In this document: one piece after another, positions 45,635-55,101 of the stretch | How positions within the stretch are numbered: the first letter of the stretch is position 1 | How the letters are laid out: the number at the start of each line of letters is the position of its first letter | Source of the DNA: a virus | IMG/VR virus record: IMGVR_UViG_3300033153_006492 | Span: 14,720-78,719 of that record | Length of the DNA: 64,000 nucleotides | Reading direction: 5' to 3' (one strand) | Position numbers and translations under genes: made by a program | The notes under the pieces: generated by a model | Databases searched by the model: none | What the model was told of the DNA's origin: nothing | Seen by the model: only the letters and a program-made list of their open reading frames with translations

Positions 45635-48600
45635 ATGGATATAAAAACATATAAAAATTTTGATGAAATAAAAGCTGCTACTGATCAAATTAGAGGTGAA
45701 GTATTTAAGCAAGAAGATTTAGATTTAATTTGGTTAGGCGGAGCAGAATCATATATTTTGGAAACATATGGAACGATAAACACTGATACGGTAGAATTAT
45801 CTGTATATGATATGGATGATAATTTACTTTCATGGAATGTATTGCGTGAACCTCCACAGATATATAATAAAAACATTGTATTGTCTCCAGGTAAATCTCT
45901 TAGAGACTTAGAATTCAGAAGAGGACAGTATAGAATATCATATAATCTTTTTAGAAATATGCTTGGTTCATCTGAAGGAAGTAAATTATATATTGAAGAA
46001 ATATCACCTTCGAGAAAAGAAGTTCGAGTTCGTCCAGTCAAAACAGCAAGTCCTGAAAGAAATATAATATTTAATGGGCAAGTAGAAAATTTTTCTGACA
46101 AGGGTATTGAAGCAGATCAATTTAAAATATTTTTTAATAGACAACTTAATTCTTTACAAGCCCATGAAGTAATTCAAGACAGATCATCGTATGAATACAA
46201 ATTATTAGAAAATGATATATTAGTATTGAAGAAATCAACAATAAAATATTTATCTAATACTCTTTCTAAATATCATATGAAGATATTAAATATTGGACAT
46301 CAACGACGATTGATCTCTAAAGCCGTAACACTCGCTATGACTGAAACATTTGGTGTTGGTTGGAATAAAACGGCAATTGCACATGTATTAATTCCATTTA
46401 AAGCAGTATTAAGTACATTTGTAACTGTTACTGATTATAGTGGAAATATCAATTATTATTTAAATTTTGGTAATAATAATCAGGCTGTTGTAACGAATTG
46501 GGTTAGAGATGACATAAAATATCCAGATTCACCATATTCAATTGTATTCAAATTATATGAATCATTACCAAAGGACATAAAAGAAAAACAGCAATTATGG
46601 ATTTCTTATTTAATTAATCGTCCAGTAATTGAAAAAGTTTTTATGCTTGGATTAGAAAATGAAATTGAAAATGGATTCATAATAAGACCAGCAAATTTTG
46701 ATGTTAATGTAGGTGGAATGACTGGTCGTGACACAGGTTATCAAACATGGACGGATTTAGTATCTACTCAGCCGACGACTACAGAAGCTGTTCTTGATTA
46801 TTACATGAGCGCTTCCGATTCTGGTGATATTGAACTTAACATTGATTATTCTGATTACGCTAATTTCATTCATTTTGGTTCAGCTGAAGAACGATTGAAA
46901 AATTTTAAATATAAGCTTGAATTAATTGAATCTTATAATGCTAACATTGCAACAATAGAATCATATACAGTCAGTTTATATACGTCTCAAAGTGTTGCTG
47001 GGTTTCAAACAAAAATACGACAAGTAAAGAATGGATTTGATTCGTATGATAGGCATTTATATTATACATCTGGCTCACAATATTCTGGTTCATTAGTATC
47101 AAATGAAACATATTTATTTAATGCTATAAATGAGTGGCCTAAGAATAATACAAAATATCCATATACTTTATATGGAACAACAGCATCTGAAGCTACTGAC
47201 TGGTATGCTAATCAATTGGCTATCACTCAACGATTTGATACTGACAATATCCATAATTTTAGAAATAATTTACCAGCGTACATAACGACCGACGAAAACA
47301 ATGAAGATTACTTGAATTTCACATATATGATTGGTCAACATTTTGATACGACGTACACATATATAAAACAATTAACATTAACATCAAATCGTGATGAATC
47401 CTTGTATGAAGGATTGGCTAAAGATTTAACGTATCATGTAGCATCGTCTCAAGGTTTTGATATGTTTAATGGCAATGATAATGCTGATCTTTGGAGATGG
47501 GCATTTGGATATAATGAATATGGAACATATCATACAGGAAGTGTGAGTGGCTCAAATGAAGATTGGTTGCCATATAGTGATGTATCAAAAGAGATATGGT
47601 TAAGGATTCTTAATAATTTACCATATATTTTAAAGACGAAGGGTACTGAACGTTCAATTAAGGCTCTGTTGGCTTGTTATGGAATACCAACATCAATGAT
47701 GACTATTCGCGAATATGGAGGACCTGATCCAAGAGATTATCCAGATATTCAAGATAAGTCGGCTTATATATTTGAAGATTTTGTTTATGGAGCTGATTTT
47801 GAAGGAAGCCAAAGTGTTGATTTTACTTGGGGGAATATATCAGGTAGTCATATACCTTATTCAACAGAAATTAGATTTGCTGCTGCTCCGACGACAAAAC
47901 CAACTCAATCAATTTTTGGAACGACGACATGGGGAGTAACGCTTCATAATAATCAAGATGGAACGGGATATTTACAAATACAAGATGGTTCCTCTGCAGC
48001 AAGAACGGAAGATTATAGATATTTTGATAATGAATTTAATAGTATATTAGTTAGAATGAGTGGAAGCGACTTTGATGATGTTCAACTTCTTACGAAAAAA
48101 GCTGAATATGATAGAATCATTTGGCATTCATCGGCAAGTATTACTGGTGATATAACAACTGGTGGAACATTTTATATTGGTGGGAATGCGGCTTATACAT
48201 TTGGTCAACAATTTACTGGTTCAATTCAAGAATTTCGTTGTTATTATAGTGCGCTATCAGAATCTACATGGAATAATCATGTGAGGTGGCCTAAGGCTTA
48301 TAATGCTAATGACCCTAAAAGAACTTATTATGATTTGATATTACGATATTCATTTGATGATCCAAAAAATCATTCGTCTGATACTTCTGTAAGTGACATA
48401 AAAGCGAATCAAGGATTTACTACTCCTGGAACAGCAGTTAATTTTGATGATTGGGTGAATTACACACCGAGAACTGAAGAATTCGCTGCATTAACTCCTA
48501 ACATCGGCGGTGGACGCTTTATAAAGAATAAAATACGACTTGAAAATAATGAATTGATTGGTGATTTAAGTCCTCGCCAACGTTCGGAATTAAGTTCATA

Positions 48601-49504
48601 TGATAGAGCCCCAAATGATTCTGCTAAGTTAGGAATTTATTTTAGCCCATTAGATGCTATAAATAAAGATATAATAGCGACATTTGCTGGAATTGATTTG
48701 GCTGGCGAAATGGGTGATCCAAGAGATAGATACGAAGAAACATATAGAGATCTCGTAGAATTACAAACAGAATATTGGAAGAAATATACTGATAGACCTC
48801 AGGTTAATGATTTTATTAGAGTAATACGACAATTTGACCAATCATTTTTCAATCAATTGAGATCATTGATTCCTGCTCGTGCTAAACCTGTTATTGGTGT
48901 ATTAATTGAACCAACTATACTTGAACGTGATAAAATAAAATGGCAAGCTCCAAGCTATGAACGAAATGATTATGAAGGAGATCCAATAAATGTTGAACAT
49001 CAATTAACTCAGAGTTGGGATTACATTAAGTATGAAGGTAATTTATCATTTTCATATGCAAGTTCGTCTGAATATATATTATATGAAGGATTGCGTGATC
49101 TTGGATTATGGGCAACATCAAGTTATTATGTGGGTGAACAACAATATATTCCAATGGTTAAACCTATTCAAGATACTCAAACAGGTTCATTTACCATACG
49201 ACAAGTTTATGCTTATATAACATCGTCAATTGATGCTGGTGGGGCTGTTACATATAGTCGTTTATCATCAAGGACTCTTTCTAATGGAACAATCATATAT
49301 CACAATTATTATGATGTATATGATTTAGGGCAAGATAATTGGCTGTATGAATATAGAGAATTGAGAAATGATATGTGGTATGGTGGAACATTGAATACAT
49401 TGAGTACAACAGTTGATGGTCGTGAACCAGTTGAAATTAGCTATACTAATCCTAATAAATTAAAAGCAACTGACACAGGACCAAGTAAAATACGAGTAGA
49501 ATAA
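45635..49504 (+). CDS. large baseplate/tail structural protein with LamG-like domain
   Basis: EISPSRKEVR, FGSAEERL, KTKGTERSI..YG, FTGSIQEFR. Confidence 0.75.
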   Translation: MDIKTYKNFDEIKAATDQIRGEVFKQEDLDLIWLGGAESYILETYGTINTDTVELSVYDMDDNLLSWNVLREPPQIYNKNIVLSPGKSLRDLEFRRGQYRISYNLFRNMLGSSEGSKLYIEEISPSRKEVRVRPVKTASPERNIIFNGQVENFSDKGIEADQFKIFFNRQLNSLQAHEVIQDRSSYEYKLLENDILVLKKSTIKYLSNTLSKYHMKILNIGHQRRLISKAVTLAMTETFGVGWNKTAIAHVLIPFKAVLSTFVTVTDYSGNINYYLNFGNNNQAVVTNWVRDDIKYPDSPYSIVFKLYESLPKDIKEKQQLWISYLINRPVIEKVFMLGLENEIENGFIIRPANFDVNVGGMTGRDTGYQTWTDLVSTQPTTTEAVLDYYMSASDSGDIELNIDYSDYANFIHFGSAEERLKNFKYKLELIESYNANIATIESYTVSLYTSQSVAGFQTKIRQVKNGFDSYDRHLYYTSGSQYSGSLVSNETYLFNAINEWPKNNTKYPYTLYGTTASEATDWYANQLAITQRFDTDNIHNFRNNLPAYITTDENNEDYLNFTYMIGQHFDTTYTYIKQLTLTSNRDESLYEGLAKDLTYHVASSQGFDMFNGNDNADLWRWAFGYNEYGTYHTGSVSGSNEDWLPYSDVSKEIWLRILNNLPYILKTKGTERSIKALLACYGIPTSMMTIREYGGPDPRDYPDIQDKSAYIFEDFVYGADFEGSQSVDFTWGNISGSHIPYSTEIRFAAAPTTKPTQSIFGTTTWGVTLHNNQDGTGYLQIQDGSSAARTEDYRYFDNEFNSILVRMSGSDFDDVQLLTKKAEYDRIIWHSSASITGDITTGGTFYIGGNAAYTFGQQFTGSIQEFRCYYSALSESTWNNHVRWPKAYNANDPKRTYYDLILRYSFDDPKNHSSDTSVSDIKANQGFTTPGTAVNFDDWVNYTPRTEEFAALTPNIGGGRFIKNKIRLENNELIGDLSPRQRSELSSYDRAPNDSAKLGIYFSPLDAINKDIIATFAGIDLAGEMGDPRDRYEETYRDLVELQTEYWKKYTDRPQVNDFIRVIRQFDQSFFNQLRSLIPARAKPVIGVLIEPTILERDKIKWQAPSYERNDYEGDPINVEHQLTQSWDYIKYEGNLSFSYASSSEYILYEGLRDLGLWATSSYYVGEQQYIPMVKPIQDTQTGSFTIRQVYAYITSSIDAGGAVTYSRLSSRTLSNGTIIYHNYYDVYDLGQDNWLYEYRELRNDMWYGGTLNTLSTTVDGREPVEISYTNPNKLKATDTGPSKIRVE

Positions 49505-49523
49505 ATGAATTATTTTTTCTAAT

Positions 49524-49533
49524 TATATTTATA
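49524..49533 (+). promoter_or_regulatory. TATATTTATA putative late promoter
   Basis: Repeated motif before structural genes. Confidence 0.6.
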
Positions 49534-49580
49534 TATGATTATAGAAGTTAATATAACACGAATTAAAAGGAGATTAAACG

Positions 49581-50252
49581 ATGGGATATTTAGACAATTC
49601 CTCTGTCACAGTTGAAGCCATTTTAACGAAAAAGGGTAGGGAGATACTATCTAAAGGCGGAACATTGAATGTAAGTAAATTTGCTTTGGCTGATGATGAA
49701 GTAGACTATGATTTATGGCAGCCAGATCATCCATTGGGTACAAATTATTATGGAGCCATAATTGAAGGTATGCCTGTATTAGAGGCCCATCCAGACGAAA
49801 CACAAATGATGAGGTATAAATTGGTAACATTACCTAAGACGACAACAAGAATGCCAATTGTATCGCTTCCATATTCGTCTATTCAACTTGGTAAAGATGG
49901 ACAGCAAGCTGATATTGTTCCTTCAACGAGATATTATGAAGATGATACATTTGGGTATACTGCTATATTGGGTAATTCAAATTATGCTTATTTAGAAGTT
50001 AATTCTCCTGTGAATCAATCAATAACACCTGTTGTTCCTACATTTTTACGTGATGCCGAACTTAATCAATCAATTGTTAAGGTTGGTAAATCGTTTACAT
50101 TGATTAGTAAAGATGTAATTGCTTATACACAAGATTATGTAGCAACGACATTAACAATAATTGGAAACAATACTGGTGCAACACAAACTATTCCAGTGTA
50201 TGTTTATGCTAAAACATTACGACCAAGATCGACAATGCAATCAATTGACTAA
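49581..50252 (+). CDS. conserved virion structural protein
   Basis: MGYLDN..AILTKKGRE..KFALADDEVDY. Confidence 0.75.
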   Translation: MGYLDNSSVTVEAILTKKGREILSKGGTLNVSKFALADDEVDYDLWQPDHPLGTNYYGAIIEGMPVLEAHPDETQMMRYKLVTLPKTTTRMPIVSLPYSSIQLGKDGQQADIVPSTRYYEDDTFGYTAILGNSNYAYLEVNSPVNQSITPVVPTFLRDAELNQSIVKVGKSFTLISKDVIAYTQDYVATTLTIIGNNTGATQTIPVYVYAKTLRPRSTMQSID

Positions 50253-50270
50253 AACATAGGAGAATATAAA

Positions 50271-51428
50271 ATGGCAGATATATTAAGTGCCGGTGAAGAA
50301 GCTGCTCGTTTGGCAGCACTGGAAGCAGCTGATGCGGCTGCACTCAAGGCGGCAATGGGTGAAGACGGGGCTCGTGGTGGTATACCAGCTATACCACAAC
50401 CATCAACTCAATTAAAGGTATATAGTCCGTTTACGGCTGATGATGTTGTACAGAATTTGAGTAGGCGTGTCACGACTGGTTTATGGACAGGAAATACTGG
50501 TAGTATATCTAATTTTTATACATCATCCACACAGTCAGGAAGTACTGGGGCTTGGTATTATGATGTATATAATCTTGATCCAAATACTGATTCAACAGCA
50601 GCAGTACAATTTTCTGTTACATATGGACATAGAACTGGTGGTGGATATTTTAGTATTGATAATGTGAATACATCTAAAGAACCTACAAAAGCAACGTATG
50701 CTCAATATAGGAATATATTACTTGACCCAGAAGATGAACAATTTACATTTGGTAATAGTTATTCAAGTGATGATATTTATGTAATTAATATACAACGGTC
50801 TCGATTGAAACAAAAAATGGATGCTGGTAATTGGGAATTGACATTAGTTAATGGATCGGAACGATTAAATTTAATTGATGATAGTGCTGATAATTATGAT
50901 AAATATGTAGCGAGTACTGGTAGAATATATAATGTTGTTAGTGGGAGTATAACAGCTGGCTCAACGACTGTGGTTGAAACGTCTGCTGCTACTGAACCAT
51001 CTGGTGGGATTGGATTATTTTATCCTGATAGAGGACTTATAGTTCTTAATCCAAAAGCTATAAATGCTTATCTTAGTATATCCGCGTCATCTGATGTTGA
51101 TGCTGATGCCAACAATCATCAAGCATTATTTAATGCTATTGTTGATGGAGAACATTTTCAAGCACGTAATGAAGAAATCGTGACATCGACACATTATTTT
51201 GTTCGAGTTAAGAATAGAGATTATAATTTTAGTAACAATCCAACATTTTATACTTCATCTGATGGAGCATTAAAAATTAGCACATTTATTGGTGATCCAA
51301 AAGTTTATGTGACAACAGTTGGATTATATAATAATTCTAATGAATTATTGGCTGTTGGGAAATTGAGCCAACCAATTTTGAAAAGCTTTGACAGAGAGGC
51401 ATTAATCAAGATTAAGTTGGATTATTAA
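50271..51428 (+). CDS. virion tail/baseplate protein
   Basis: C-terminal YVTTVGLYN..ELLAVGKLSQP; paralogous to the next gene. Confidence 0.75.
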   Translation: MADILSAGEEAARLAALEAADAAALKAAMGEDGARGGIPAIPQPSTQLKVYSPFTADDVVQNLSRRVTTGLWTGNTGSISNFYTSSTQSGSTGAWYYDVYNLDPNTDSTAAVQFSVTYGHRTGGGYFSIDNVNTSKEPTKATYAQYRNILLDPEDEQFTFGNSYSSDDIYVINIQRSRLKQKMDAGNWELTLVNGSERLNLIDDSADNYDKYVASTGRIYNVVSGSITAGSTTVVETSAATEPSGGIGLFYPDRGLIVLNPKAINAYLSISASSDVDADANNHQALFNAIVDGEHFQARNEEIVTSTHYFVRVKNRDYNFSNNPTFYTSSDGALKISTFIGDPKVYVTTVGLYNNSNELLAVGKLSQPILKSFDREALIKIKLDY

Positions 51429-51467
51429 ATTCAATAAAAACAATAATTTATTAAGAAAAGAGAAACA

Positions 51468-52373
51468 ATGAGCATATTTAAAGAACTGTCACCTCAAGAT
51501 GTTTCGTATAGAGAATATTATGCTTATAAACAATGGGTTCTTACACAAGATGATTCTGAATTAAAACTCTTTTGGGCTTACGAAGAAACAGGTAGTCATT
51601 TTTATCCATTTCCAGAATTTGAACAAACAGGTTCTGGTGGAATTTACAAAAGAACTGTTTATAATAGTATAAAACATTTGTATTATTATATAGATAGTCG
51701 ATTGGATTTTGCTGCTACCAATTTTTATAGTCAACAAGCCACTGGTTCAATATATTATAATAATTTTTATGCACCAGATCACAATTTCGGCCCGAACACA
51801 TTTAACATTCATAAAAATTTACAAAATACGGCTGCTGTTATTTCTATTCCACAAGCATATATTGGTGATGGAATAAAACCTGGCAGTGTTCATGTTGAAG
51901 ATGTAACACAAGGATATACTCTATATGATGATGAATACGGGAATTTGTATGATAATGCAGATTCAGCGTCATTTGCTGCCAATAAAGAATCATTTACTGT
52001 GGGTAATGTTTTTTATGAACATGGAAACATTGTTTTAACAAGTTTAACTTCGTCATATCAAACATTTGGAACATCATCAAATCTTGTTAATGTTAAATTT
52101 AAATCGACACAACGAATATATGAAATGGAAGCATACTGTACTGCTAAGGAAGGTGAATTTAATTTATCTTGGAATCCATCGTTGAGAGTAAGTGGTTCAT
52201 TAAATATACCTGATCTTAAAGGAATGGTTACATCGTCAGAATTTTGTACATATCCGACGACAATAGGGCTTTATAATGATGAATGTGCATTGGTTGCTAT
52301 TGGTAAAGTGGCTCAACCAATACGAAATGATTCTGAGTTGGCTTTAACTTTTGTTGTACGGCTTGATTGGTAA
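51468..52373 (+). CDS. virion tail/baseplate protein (paralogue)
   Basis: IKPGSV, GNVFYEHG, YPTTIGLYN..LVAIGKVAQP. Confidence 0.75.
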   Translation: MSIFKELSPQDVSYREYYAYKQWVLTQDDSELKLFWAYEETGSHFYPFPEFEQTGSGGIYKRTVYNSIKHLYYYIDSRLDFAATNFYSQQATGSIYYNNFYAPDHNFGPNTFNIHKNLQNTAAVISIPQAYIGDGIKPGSVHVEDVTQGYTLYDDEYGNLYDNADSASFAANKESFTVGNVFYEHGNIVLTSLTSSYQTFGTSSNLVNVKFKSTQRIYEMEAYCTAKEGEFNLSWNPSLRVSGSLNIPDLKGMVTSSEFCTYPTTIGLYNDECALVAIGKVAQPIRNDSELALTFVVRLDW

Positions 52374-52384
52374 GGAGTTAGATA

Positions 52385-53713
52385 ATGGCATATAAAATTT
52401 TAAAACAAATTGTTCCAACTGGTCAACTTGGAGATCCATTTTGGGCTAAACGACGAGTGTATGTTCAAACTTTGACAAGTGGTTCATATTCTGGTAGTAA
52501 TGAAATTTATGATGATTTACAAAGTGTTTTACTTGCTCAAGATCAAATGGTAATTGATGATATAAATGACTATCAAGGCTGGGGTGAAATTGCAGATGGG
52601 AGATTTTTTATAAAGGCGGAAACAGATGAAAGTGGTACGCTGGCTTATGCGATGACGAATGAGATTGTTGAATATGAGGAAGAATATGTTAAGGTTAAGA
52701 AAGTTCCGCCTTTATTTACTTGGTTCACTCCAAGTGGTTCAATTGGTGCAGATGTAACAATTAGTGGTTCAAATTTATTTGGTGTGTATCGAATGGATTT
52801 TAATAAAACTGCACAATATACTTTTACGAATCCGACCAATGAATTAATTTACACGACTGTGCCAAGTGGTACAATAAGTGGACAAATAAAATTATTTAAA
52901 TATGATAACACGACTAAAAAATCAAGCATCAATTTTATTGTGACTGGCGAGGCTGTATTAGAACCTACAATCACATCATTTTTACCTATCAGTGGTAATG
53001 TGGGTGATGAAGTTACGATATATGGAACAAATATGGATTATGCTACACGAGTTGTATTTGATGGCATTGATGTTCCAGTTGACGATTTTGATTCAGTAGA
53101 TAATACAGAATTAGTTGCAAGGGTTCCTGATGGGGCTGTAACTGGTAAAATTACGGTTTACAATGTAGATAATATTTCTGATGTATCTGTAGACGACTTT
53201 ACAGTAGTAACAGCAACAGGTATTAATATCAGTTCATTTACGCCTTTATATGGAATTCCAACAACGATTGTTACAATCAATGGTTCATTCTTTTCAGGAG
53301 CTGACGAAGTACAATTTAATAATTCAGCATCCACCTTTGCGATTGTATCTGATTCTCAGATTACAGCAAGTGTTCCTGTTGGTTCAACGACTGGAAAAAT
53401 TAGTGTAGAAGATACAGGAAGTAATATCGCTTATTCGGCTATTGATTTTATAGTTCAATCTGGAATATCGGCTAAAGTACCTGTGATAGATTCATTTAAT
53501 CCGTCATCTGGTGTAACTGGAAGTTCTGTTGATATTGTTGGTAAAGAATTCATTGGGACAATTTATGTTCAGTTTAGTGGGTCGTTTGCTGATTTCACTG
53601 TAATTGACGACAAAAACATAACTGCTATAGTTCCTGATGATGCTCAAAGTGGTGATATAACAGTAACGAACAATGTAGGATCGACTGATAGAGGAACATT
53701 CACAATAACATAG
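52385..53713 (+). CDS. protein with four IPT/TIG Ig-like repeats
   Basis: Repeated (I)xSFxP.SG..G..V.I.G..F...VP...G.I.V units. Confidence 0.85.
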   Translation: MAYKILKQIVPTGQLGDPFWAKRRVYVQTLTSGSYSGSNEIYDDLQSVLLAQDQMVIDDINDYQGWGEIADGRFFIKAETDESGTLAYAMTNEIVEYEEEYVKVKKVPPLFTWFTPSGSIGADVTISGSNLFGVYRMDFNKTAQYTFTNPTNELIYTTVPSGTISGQIKLFKYDNTTKKSSINFIVTGEAVLEPTITSFLPISGNVGDEVTIYGTNMDYATRVVFDGIDVPVDDFDSVDNTELVARVPDGAVTGKITVYNVDNISDVSVDDFTVVTATGINISSFTPLYGIPTTIVTINGSFFSGADEVQFNNSASTFAIVSDSQITASVPVGSTTGKISVEDTGSNIAYSAIDFIVQSGISAKVPVIDSFNPSSGVTGSSVDIVGKEFIGTIYVQFSGSFADFTVIDDKNITAIVPDDAQSGDITVTNNVGSTDRGTFTIT

Positions 53714-53727
53714 GGTTACGGAGTTAC

Positions 53728-53755
53728 GGAACTTTTCTAAATAATAAAAGTATAA
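53728..53755 (+). promoter_or_regulatory. ECF-sigma-like promoter before replication genes
   Basis: GGAACTT-N15-GTATAA. Confidence 0.55.
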
Positions 53756-53776
53756 TATATAAAAAGGAATGAAGTT

Positions 53777-54121
53777 ATGCGAGTCAGTTCAAAAAAAGCA
53801 AAGGGTCGTCGTCTTCAAAATGAAATTGTTGAATCATTATACAAAGCATATGATTTACGGGATGGAGACATTAAACCAGCAATCATGGGAGAATCAGGAA
53901 TCGACGTAAAGCTCTCGCCAGCTGCTGAAGATGTTATTCCATTTGATATTGAAGCAAAGAATCAAGAGACGACATCTATTTGGGGTTGGTTAAAACAAGC
54001 CGCAGAAAACACGAAGAAAGGTAGAATACCTCTTCTTATATTTAAACGAAATAATTCAAAGACTTATGCAGTAATTGAATGGAATAAGTTATTAACTCTT
54101 CTCAATAAATCAATTGATTAA
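53777..54121 (+). CDS. Holliday-junction-resolvase-like PD-(D/E)xK nuclease
   Basis: KAKGRRLQ, MGESGIDV, IEAKNQE, PLLIFKRN. Confidence 0.8.
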   Translation: MRVSSKKAKGRRLQNEIVESLYKAYDLRDGDIKPAIMGESGIDVKLSPAAEDVIPFDIEAKNQETTSIWGWLKQAAENTKKGRIPLLIFKRNNSKTYAVIEWNKLLTLLNKSID

Positions 54122-54129
54122 AGAGGCAT

Positions 54130-55086
54130 ATGAATATATCTAAAGCTCTTCAAATTTTAGAATCTATACTTGGTAAAAGTAAAAAGCGTTCTAAAGGGGA
54201 ATATCTATTTTATTGTCCAGCGTGTAACCATTATAAGCCAAAATTAATAGTTAAACTTGATCCAAGCTATAACAAATTTCAACATTGGCATTGTTGGGTC
54301 TGCAAAGAAACACACGGTACAAAAGGCCGAACATTATATCGTTTATTGAAAAAGTTTAAGGCGTCTCCTGAACAAATAAGAGAAATGAATGATGCTGTTG
54401 GTGAAAGGTCATATATTCATACTCATGTTGATACAGTTAAAACAATTCAACTTCCAAATGAATATATATCATTGGTAGACAGCAAAGATACTATAGCCAG
54501 GCGTCATGTGATGGTTGAATTGAATAGACGACAAATTTCTTTAGGAGACATATATCGTTATCAAATAGGATATTGTGAAACAGGTGAATATGCTAATAGA
54601 ATAATTATTCCTTCATATGATGAAAATGGTTCATTGAATTATTTTATAGCTCGTTCTTATATCAAAGATACTCATTTGAAATATAAAAACCCGGAAATAT
54701 CAAGGGATATAATTGCATTTGATATGTTCATAAATTGGAATTTACCTATAATTTTATGTGAAGGTGTATTTGATGCTATTGCTATCCGTCGCAATGCTAT
54801 TCCTCTTTTGAGCAAAACAATTTCAGAAACATTGTTAGAAAAAATAATTATTCGTCGTCCACCAGCCGTATACATTGCATTAGATAAAGATGCTATGAAG
54901 GATTCTATCAAAATAGTTGAAATGTTGACGGGAGAACAAATTCCAAATTATATAATAACACTTGAAGCGAAAGATCCTTCTGATTTAGGATTTGTTAATA
55001 TGATGGATGCTTTTAATAATAATTCGACATTGATAAATGAAAATGTATTATTCAAACTTAAACTTGAATATGGTTTAACAACTTAA
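54130..55086 (+). CDS. DNA primase (Zn finger + TOPRIM)
   Basis: CPAC..CWVC, RIIIP, KYKNP, CEGVFDA, ALDKDA, KDP. Confidence 0.92.
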   Translation: MNISKALQILESILGKSKKRSKGEYLFYCPACNHYKPKLIVKLDPSYNKFQHWHCWVCKETHGTKGRTLYRLLKKFKASPEQIREMNDAVGERSYIHTHVDTVKTIQLPNEYISLVDSKDTIARRHVMVELNRRQISLGDIYRYQIGYCETGEYANRIIIPSYDENGSLNYFIARSYIKDTHLKYKNPEISRDIIAFDMFINWNLPIILCEGVFDAIAIRRNAIPLLSKTISETLLEKIIIRRPPAVYIALDKDAMKDSIKIVEMLTGEQIPNYIITLEAKDPSDLGFVNMMDAFNNNSTLINENVLFKLKLEYGLTT

Positions 55087-55101
55087 TATGGAGACTAATA
55101 G

